Shown: piece by piece, positions 1-5,478 of the stretch | Layout: the number at the start of each line of letters is the position of its first letter | Position numbering within the stretch: the first letter of the stretch is position 1 | Assembly: GCA_041548245.1 (NCBI GenBank) | Contig: JBFESZ010000051.1 | Coordinates: forward strand, 1 to 13,855 | DNA length: 13,855 nucleotides | Reading direction: 5' to 3' | From: Sulfurimonadaceae bacterium | GTDB taxonomy: Bacteria > Campylobacterota > Campylobacteria > Campylobacterales > Sulfurimonadaceae | The notes under the pieces: generated by a model | What the model saw: the letters and a program-made list of their open reading frames with translations, nothing else | What the model was told of the DNA's origin: nothing | Database searches by the model: none | Program-made: the position numbers and the translations under genes

Positions 1-77
1 ATATTGTTTCTACTATAATGAGGAAGAAACTGTTTCAAAATAGTCTAAGCATATACTTCATATTGTTATAAAAGTAG

Positions 78-83
78 TATAAT
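78..83 (+). promoter_or_regulatory. Candidate sigma70 -10 box (TATAAT) for the RMD1-family gene
   Basis: Perfect TATAAT at 78-83, 68 nt upstream of the ATG at 151. A second TATAAT lies at 14-19. RBS-like AAAAGG at 137-142. Confidence 0.4.
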
Positions 84-150
84 TTCTTTGTAAAAAATGA
101 ATTGATAGATATAAAACTAGCATGTGTACATACACTAAAAGGTCTTCTAC

Positions 151-954
151 ATGAAAACACAAATGGAACTTGTTTCATTTTATCTTTCAAAGCCTTTTAC
201 ACGGGATGATATCGAACGTAGATTGGGTATTGAGCTTGTTAAAAGTATTGAAGCGACTTTTTACGCTGAGACAGACAATAGTATGATCATGTACACGCAA
301 TTTAATGTTTTGACGATGATCAACTGGCCGCGAATAAAGATAGTGGATGCCTTGAAATCACTCGATATCGATGAAGCAGAAATCTTTGATCAGCAAGATC
401 TCTGTCAGGACTATCCTATCTGCATCGATGATGAGCTTTCTGTCAATTTTGTTCTGGATAATGATACGATCACTTTGCAAAAGTATTCGCATATCAGTTT
501 AATCATTATTGCCCATGTTGTTTCCCAAAGCGTTGCTCTTGGACTTTATGAACAAAAACTTACGAACTATTATGAACAGAGTCGTAGCCTCATCGATGCA
601 GCAGACACCTTTTCGATTTTCAAACGGACACGTTTGGCACGTTTTGCCAAGCAGTTGGTACTGATACGCCATGATATGCTTATTGAACTACATCTTCTGG
701 ATAAACCAAATATATTATGGGATAATGAAGATGCTGAACTCTTGTATAACAGACTTGCCTATGCTCTTGAACTAAAGGACAGGTTTGATGTTGTTGAATA
801 CAAACTTAATAATATCAAAGATGATATCGTGATGGTAATGGATTTGACAAACCATAATCACAGCTCTTTTCTTGAGTGGATAATCATTGTTTTAATCGCA
901 GTAGAAATTATGATGGGGCTGTATGAGTGGTTTGGACCGGGCTTTACTCATTGA
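151..954 (+). CDS. RMD1/YagE family (DUF155) protein with C-terminal TM helix
   Basis: 267 aa. Contains AHVVSQSVALGLYE, LLDKPNILWD, LELKDRFDVVEYKL and C-terminal SSFLEWIIIVLIAVEI, which match the RMD1/DUF155 pattern. AAAAGG RBS upstream. Confidence 0.88.
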   Translation: MKTQMELVSFYLSKPFTRDDIERRLGIELVKSIEATFYAETDNSMIMYTQFNVLTMINWPRIKIVDALKSLDIDEAEIFDQQDLCQDYPICIDDELSVNFVLDNDTITLQKYSHISLIIIAHVVSQSVALGLYEQKLTNYYEQSRSLIDAADTFSIFKRTRLARFAKQLVLIRHDMLIELHLLDKPNILWDNEDAELLYNRLAYALELKDRFDVVEYKLNNIKDDIVMVMDLTNHNHSSFLEWIIIVLIAVEIMMGLYEWFGPGFTH

Positions 955-971
955 TGCAGCAGCATAGCCTT

Positions 972-1367
972 TTATTGGCTAAGTTGCTTGTGTAAAGAGT
1001 TGAGGTCTCCAAGAACATTGATACTGCTTATTTTCCCATTTTTAAAATGAAAAAACGAAGCACCTGAATAACAGATGCGGTTTCCAGTAGGTTTGTAATT
1101 AAATACAGGACCTTCATGTGTTCCGGTATAGGTAACATAAACAGCAGCCATATTCCCTTCGACCACAGACATCTCCGTCGCATGATAGAGGTTGGGGAAG
1201 GCCGTCATAATCATTTTGGCATAATCTAAAAATCCTTCAATACCATTGGCTGTAATATCCAATGAACCGCGAAAACGGATATCACTATCAAGCAGTTCTA
1301 CCGCCTTATCGAAGTTGTGTTCATTCCACATATCATAATATGCACGGATCAGCTCTTTGTTGTTCAT
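972..1367 (-). CDS. SnoaL-like ester cyclase (NTF2-like fold)
   Basis: 131 aa. NKELIRAYY...TAFPNL...EGNMAAV...TGTHEG...PTGNRI...FKNGKI is the typical ester cyclase pattern. AAGGA RBS overlaps the stop of the upstream gene (8-nt gap). Confidence 0.88.
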   Translation of the reverse strand: MNNKELIRAYYDMWNEHNFDKAVELLDSDIRFRGSLDITANGIEGFLDYAKMIMTAFPNLYHATEMSVVEGNMAAVYVTYTGTHEGPVFNYKPTGNRICYSGASFFHFKNGKISSINVLGDLNSLHKQLSQ

Positions 1368-1375
1368 TATGTTCC

Positions 1376-1624
1376 TTAGTCTATGTAAGATCTTTTATGA
1401 GGGAACTTTTCAACAGAAGCATACCCGTCATCTTCCCAGTCATCGTATTCATCATACGCATCATAATCCACTGTGAAAATCTTTTCATAACCTCTTTTTT
1501 GAAGTTCATCATCTATAAGTTCACTATTAAAACCTTTGTCTTCACAAAGTTTTACGATCTCGGCAATCACTGCCTCATCAACGCCATTCAATTCCATTTC
1601 TAATGTAATATCAGAAACATTCAT
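1376..1624 (-). CDS. Small highly acidic hypothetical protein (82 aa, MNVSDITLEMELNG...)
   Basis: Start moved from the ORF-track GTG (1789) to ATG 1624, which has a GAGGG RBS just upstream. 24 Asp/Glu of 82 residues, DYDAYDEYDDWEDD tract. Ends 8 nt before the ester cyclase start. Confidence 0.75.
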   Translation of the reverse strand: MNVSDITLEMELNGVDEAVIAEIVKLCEDKGFNSELIDDELQKRGYEKIFTVDYDAYDEYDDWEDDGYASVEKFPHKRSYID

Positions 1625-1659
1625 TGTGCCCTCGATAACAAATAATAAGTAAATCTGCA

Positions 1660-1775
1660 AGAGAAAACGTTTGATAGAAGATATCAAACACAGCCAAAAA
1701 AAACAGGAACACCAAGCAGTGATCCAATACGACTCATTGACTTTTGATTCAAGATAAAAAGTCATCGATTTGAGT
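1660..1775 (-). ncRNA. Candidate structured sRNA or attenuator leader (three hairpins, two followed by U-tracts)
   Basis: Lies directly downstream of a minus-strand TATAAT (1781-1786). Hairpin TGACTTTT/AAAAGTCA with outer ACTCA/TGAGT (1732-1775); GGA-T-CACT-gctt-GGTG-T-TCC followed by TG and T8; GTTTGATA/TATCAAAC (1669-1689) followed by GTTTTCTCTT. No known RNA family recognised. Confidence 0.35.
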
Positions 1776-1780
1776 ACATA

Positions 1781-1786
1781 ATTATA
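1781..1786 (-). promoter_or_regulatory. Candidate -10 box (TATAAT, minus strand)
   Basis: Plus-strand ATTATA at 1781-1786 reads GGTG-TATAAT on the minus strand. Predicted TSS near 1774, just before the first hairpin. Confidence 0.5.
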
Positions 1787-1984
1787 CACCTTTTTTGTAA
1801 AAATATATCCATAAAAAGCAGTGGTAAAGATGAGGCATTTGATAGGCCTGTTTTTATAAAAATAACGGGGGCTTTTTAGTGTTTTTTTTTGATATTATTT
1901 TACGGTATTATCCACTTAAACGGCCTAATCTTGGGCGGTTTATTGCTTAAGAAAACATTTAGCTTAAAAATCTTTTTTTGGGAG

Positions 1985-1990
1985 TATAAT
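1985..1990 (+). promoter_or_regulatory. Candidate -10 box (TATAAT, plus strand)
   Basis: TATAAT preceded by a T7 tract (1973-1979), resembling Campylobacterota sigma70 promoters. Predicted TSS near 1997. Confidence 0.5.
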
Positions 1991-2023
1991 TTCTGTTACG
2001 GATAGAAAATAGAAGGTTTTTTT

Positions 2024-2060
2024 GTATATCGATACGGCTTGGCGGTTAGTATCGATATAC
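2024..2060. repeat. 12-bp perfect inverted repeat (hairpin) GTATATCGATAC-N13-GTATCGATATAC
   Basis: Arms at 2024-2035 and 2049-2060 are exact reverse complements. No downstream U-tract on either strand. Confidence 0.8.
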
Positions 2061-2180
2061 GTCTGTTAACCACACGTGAATGTCGTTTTGTTCAGATCAG
2101 TTTCAATATTTAAAACTGTAATTGAATCCTAACAAAACAATCTTATTAAAATATTAACTTATTCATTAAGGAATTGTTAG

Positions 2181-2402
2181 ATGAAAGCTATTCAACTGTT
2201 GAAACCTTTTCTGTTTGCTGCACTGCTTACTGGCTCATTGTTGGCTAATGATGACGCGCCTGTTAGTCCATGTGAAGAAAAGTATGATGCTTGTATAGAA
2301 AAGTGTGATGCAAAAGGTAAAGATACAGAAAAATGTTACAGTAAATGTGACAAGAAAAATGAACAATGTCTTGAAAAAGAAGAAGAAAACGAAGATAACT
2401 GA
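2181..2402 (+). CDS. Small secreted cysteine-rich protein (73 aa; signal peptide plus C-x6-C-x3-C-x9-C-x3-C-x6-C)
   Basis: AAGGA RBS at 2168-2172. N-terminal MKAIQLLKPFLFAALLTGSLLA resembles a Sec signal peptide. Six Cys with mirror-symmetric spacing and an acidic tail. Confidence 0.8.
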   Translation: MKAIQLLKPFLFAALLTGSLLANDDAPVSPCEEKYDACIEKCDAKGKDTEKCYSKCDKKNEQCLEKEEENEDN

Positions 2403-2486
2403 TCGTAGACACAATTTATATTTATAACAAATGCATTCTATCCGTATGCATGACTTATAAAAAAACTCCGAAAATCCTCCTAATAA

Positions 2487-2512
2487 CTTGGAAGAGGGAC
2501 TCCTCTTTCGAG
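2487..2512. terminator. Stem-loop between convergent genes (possible terminator or 3' stabilising hairpin)
   Basis: CTTGGAAGAGG-gact-CCTCTTTCGAG gives 11 bp with 2 G-U pairs on the + strand. On the - strand it is a 6-bp core followed by TTATT. No strong U-tract. Confidence 0.35.
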
Positions 2513-2563
2513 AATCTCAATTTTATCATGAATTAGTCAATATGACACTTTGAGTTAAGGTGT

Positions 2564-3538
2564 TTACCAAAGTTCAGTGCCATTTTCCTGGTGCCAGAGT
2601 ATGATACCGTCCCATATTTCCTGAGCATTTTCAGCATACCAAAAAAGTTTCATGTCTTCGGCATCGATGACGCCTTCATCAAGCATATGATTAAAGTTTA
2701 TCACTCCATTCCAGAACTTTTTTCCTACAAGGATAATAGGGAAAGGAGGAATTTTGCGTGTCTGTACCAGAGTTAAGGCCTCAATCAATTCATCAAGGGT
2801 ACCAAAACCACCTGGGAATGCCACCAATGCTTTTGCCCGTCTAAAAAAATGCAGCTTTCTCATACTGAAGTAATGAAACTGAAAGCATAGTTCTGGAGAA
2901 ATATAGGGGTTTGGAAACTGTTCATTGGGCAGTTTGATATTCAGTCCAATGGACTTTGCTCCTACTTCATAGGCACCGCGGTTGGCAGCTTCCATAATAC
3001 CGGGACCACCACCTGTCATCAAGGTGACATAGGTATCGCTTGGGCCTTGTCCTGACGTCCCTACAATCCTTCCAAACTCACGTCCTACCTCATAATAATG
3101 GCTTTTTTCTAGGACTCGCTTCGCAACTTCATATTTGTGCAAAAGCTTTTGATCATGAGTGTTTCCATTTTCCAATGCTTTCTTTATCTCTTCTAGGTTC
3201 TTTTTTGCTTCGAGCTCCTCTACAATACGAGTACCTCCAAAGACTGCAATCGTATGTTCAATTCCATATTGTTTTAAAAGTAGTTCTGTTTTGAGATAAT
3301 CGACTTGTATTCTTACGCCACGGGCCGCATCTTGTTTTAAGAAATCTGGGTCCTCGTCAGCACGGCGATAGTTCGGGCTGTTTAGGAGTGTTTCAATGTT
3401 CTTTGGTGCGTCTGGGTCTTCCCATGCAGGTTTAGGTCGCTGAGAAGGGAGTATTTCCTGTCTGCATGTCTTTTGCGGAGGTTTTGGAACCTTGAGTTCA
3501 TGAAGTGCTCTTTTTCGGTTCATCCCTGTTTTTTGCAT
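2564..3538 (-). CDS. LOG family (TIGR00730) nucleotide 5'-monophosphate phosphoribohydrolase, long type-II-like form
   Basis: 324 aa. IAVFGG, TGGGPGIMEAANRGA, EQFPNPY, FSMRK and PGGFGTLDE motifs, with catalytic Arg/Glu retained. AAAGG RBS. Confidence 0.92.
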   Translation of the reverse strand: MQKTGMNRKRALHELKVPKPPQKTCRQEILPSQRPKPAWEDPDAPKNIETLLNSPNYRRADEDPDFLKQDAARGVRIQVDYLKTELLLKQYGIEHTIAVFGGTRIVEELEAKKNLEEIKKALENGNTHDQKLLHKYEVAKRVLEKSHYYEVGREFGRIVGTSGQGPSDTYVTLMTGGGPGIMEAANRGAYEVGAKSIGLNIKLPNEQFPNPYISPELCFQFHYFSMRKLHFFRRAKALVAFPGGFGTLDELIEALTLVQTRKIPPFPIILVGKKFWNGVINFNHMLDEGVIDAEDMKLFWYAENAQEIWDGIILWHQENGTELW

Positions 3539-3555
3539 AATATCGCCTTTTGTTT

Positions 3556-5382
3556 TTATTGTATAGAGGGTGCTTCTTTGACGTATAGATCGAGTTGAGG
3601 AAATGGGATCTGAATGCCATGTTTGCGTAATGCATTGTAGATGAGGATAAGAAAGTCTGATCGCAGAGCATTAGGACGAAACTTACTTGCCCACTCGACC
3701 CAGACCAAAAGTTCAAAGTCAACACTGCTACTGTTCATGGCTACCATCCATACTTCAGGAGTTTTGTCTTGATTATTCTTGATATAGACAAGATTACTTG
3801 AGCTTAACTCATCCAGTATGGCTTTTTTGACATCTTCGACTTCCGTACCGTAAGCAACACCGAAAGGGATATGTATACGTCGTGTTTTGTCTTCCAGAGT
3901 CCAGTTGATAACATTATTTTGGATGAAAGAAGCATTGGGTACAACGATGTCAACATTGTCAAAGGTCTGAATAGTAGTCGAACGGATACGCATATCTGTC
4001 ACACGGCCGCGCAGGGTGTCACTGAGTTCAATCGTGTCGCCGATACGTATTGTCCTCTCAAACATGAGTATGATACCGGCTATGAGGTTTGATACAACGG
4101 TCTGAAGGCCAAATCCCACACCGATTGAAAGGGCTCCGGCTATAAGAGAGATCGACGTCATATCGATTCCAATGCTAGAGATCGCAATCATTACACCAAT
4201 GAAGACGATGAGATAATAACCGATATTGGATGTCAGTCGAATGGCCATCTGACTCATATCAGGCCATCGGCGTGATATACGCATAATCCATTTTCTGTAA
4301 AAGTTCCCGATAATAAAACTTAAAACGATCAGAAAGATGACCTTGGCAAGACTAAAGAGACTGATTGGCTGTTCATTAAAGACAAAAAGCGTAGAAAACA
4401 TATGTGATTTGATCTGTGCCAGGCTTTGAAGTATCTCATTCTGAGTGGCGCCCAAGAAAAGCCTTGTGCTTCCAAAAACATCCTTCGCTATCTCTTTAAG
4501 AACCCCTTTGTGCTTTTCGAAGTAGGCACGCTGCTTATCAGAGAGCAGCTGTACATTCTTGTCAATAAGCACAAGAAGGTTAAAAAACTCTTTGTTCTGT
4601 CTGGTTTGAAGAAGGCATACTGACTTATAGGTCATCAAGATGGTCTTTTTAACGATGGCGTTTTCTAGTTCATCAAGAATCTGTGTCCACTTTTTTTGAA
4701 GAGATTCGGCATTTTTAGTATCGTCTAAGACCTCTTTCTCGCGTTCGATCTCAAGAAAGGTTTTCTTTTTCTCCAGTTCTGAAATCCGGTTTTGTGCAAT
4801 CTGGACCTCTTCATCAAGATTTTCTATGACATAGCATATAACGGACGGCAGGGATTGCTTGAGTGATTGTATGAGTTGAAGTTCATGCTCTTTTAATAAG
4901 CTCTTTTTTAGCTCATTGTTTTTTTGTTGTGTCTTATAGTATGCAAACTGCAATTGATAAGACAAAAGGTTCTTTTTTTCATCTTCAGTTATGTTTTCTA
5001 TCTGGTTCTTTGTATAGGAGATTTTCGATTGCAAGCGTTCAATGGAGTGATGATACCTGTCTATGTCTAATCGCACATTCGCAAGGAACATGATGGCATC
5101 TTGGAAGTTGTCTTGTGAGATATTTTCCTTGTTCTTGATCAGGTCAAGGTCATACGTTTCAATATCGACTTTTGTTTGGAACTCATGTTGCAACCTTGAG
5201 AGCAGTGCCTTCTGTGTCTTGGCAATCTCCTGATTAAGAGAACCGTTTTTTACAGAGGCATCGATTTTCAAGCCGATCTCTTGATAATAAGAAGTTCTCT
5301 CCTCACCTTCAAAAAGATTAAGGTCGATTTCTGCGGAAAAAAAGGTTTTTGTAAATATTAAAAATAGTATGATGTATTTCAT
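3556..5382 (-). CDS. MscS-family mechanosensitive channel with long N-terminal periplasmic coiled-coil region (MscK-like)
   Basis: 608 aa. Signal-like N-terminus and helical/charged region, then 3 TM segments and MscS core GALSIGVGFGLQTVVSNLIAGIILMFERTIRIGD...IRSTTIQTFD...VPN...NWT...GVAYG...GIQIPFPQLD. Confidence 0.93.
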   Translation of the reverse strand: MKYIILFLIFTKTFFSAEIDLNLFEGEERTSYYQEIGLKIDASVKNGSLNQEIAKTQKALLSRLQHEFQTKVDIETYDLDLIKNKENISQDNFQDAIMFLANVRLDIDRYHHSIERLQSKISYTKNQIENITEDEKKNLLSYQLQFAYYKTQQKNNELKKSLLKEHELQLIQSLKQSLPSVICYVIENLDEEVQIAQNRISELEKKKTFLEIEREKEVLDDTKNAESLQKKWTQILDELENAIVKKTILMTYKSVCLLQTRQNKEFFNLLVLIDKNVQLLSDKQRAYFEKHKGVLKEIAKDVFGSTRLFLGATQNEILQSLAQIKSHMFSTLFVFNEQPISLFSLAKVIFLIVLSFIIGNFYRKWIMRISRRWPDMSQMAIRLTSNIGYYLIVFIGVMIAISSIGIDMTSISLIAGALSIGVGFGLQTVVSNLIAGIILMFERTIRIGDTIELSDTLRGRVTDMRIRSTTIQTFDNVDIVVPNASFIQNNVINWTLEDKTRRIHIPFGVAYGTEVEDVKKAILDELSSSNLVYIKNNQDKTPEVWMVAMNSSSVDFELLVWVEWASKFRPNALRSDFLILIYNALRKHGIQIPFPQLDLYVKEAPSIQ

Positions 5383-5422
5383 TTAATGTCCTGATAAATA
5401 AGTATGAATACCGTGATTCATG

Positions 5423-5431
5423 ATTTTATCA
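5423..5431 (-). promoter_or_regulatory. Extended -10 (TGaTAAAAT) for the mscS-LOG operon, inside a 9-bp dyad
   Basis: Minus strand reads TGATAAAAT about 40 nt upstream of the mscS ATG. It overlaps the left arm of TGATTTTAT-N9-ATAAAATCA (5421-5447). Confidence 0.5.
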
Positions 5432-5467
5432 AAATAAAATAAAATCAAATGTAGATATTTTTTGAGT

Positions 5468-5473
5468 TATAAT
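5468..5473 (+). promoter_or_regulatory. -10 box TATAAT 5 nt before the kinase ATG (leaderless configuration)
   Basis: TATAAT-CAAGC-ATG with an upstream T-tract and no SD. Confidence 0.55.
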
Positions 5474-5478
5474 CAAGC

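Larger units (their letters stand above)
1997..2446. repeat. 11-bp perfect inverted repeat pair TACGGATAGAA (1997-2007) / TTCTATCCGTA (2436-2446) bracketing the six-Cys miniprotein gene
   Basis: Read directly; the two 11-mers are exact reverse complements. Function unknown. Confidence 0.6.

Noticed and set aside
18-71. 17-codon ORF MRKKLFQNSLSIYFILL
   Set aside because: The ATG overlaps a TATAAT box, there is no SD, and upstream context is cut by the window edge.
1671-1687. TTGAT...ATCAA resembling an FNR/Crp box
   Set aside because: The spacer is 7 nt rather than 4; it is better explained as the RNA hairpin at 1669-1689.
1625-1789. 55-codon N-terminal extension of the acidic protein (ORF track 1376..1789, GTG start)
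   Set aside because: The GTG overlaps the TATAAT promoter box, has no SD, and the extension runs through hairpins and a T8 tract. ATG 1624 has a clear RBS. The frame being open this long is slightly odd, so proteomics could revisit it.
1830-1859. 9-codon ORF MRHLIGLFL
   Set aside because: No convincing SD or promoter; expected by chance.
1882-1890. T9 homopolymer as a phase-variation tract
   Set aside because: Short poly-T runs are common in these AT-rich promoter regions, and no long poly-G/C tract or frameshifted gene was seen.
1908-1916. TTATCCACT, DnaA-box-like (8/9)
   Set aside because: Single imperfect copy, no cluster and no dnaA/dnaN context, so not an origin.
2024-2060. 12-bp hairpin as an intrinsic terminator or CRISPR/REP repeat
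   Set aside because: The T-tract precedes rather than follows it on +, an A-tract follows on -, and it is single-copy in the window with no spacer array.
2564-3538. LOG/SLOG protein as part of an anti-phage defence system, or as lysine decarboxylase
   Set aside because: No TIR, Sir2, nuclease or other effector neighbours. The motifs fit the housekeeping LOG phosphoribohydrolase, and 'lysine decarboxylase' is a known misannotation of this family.
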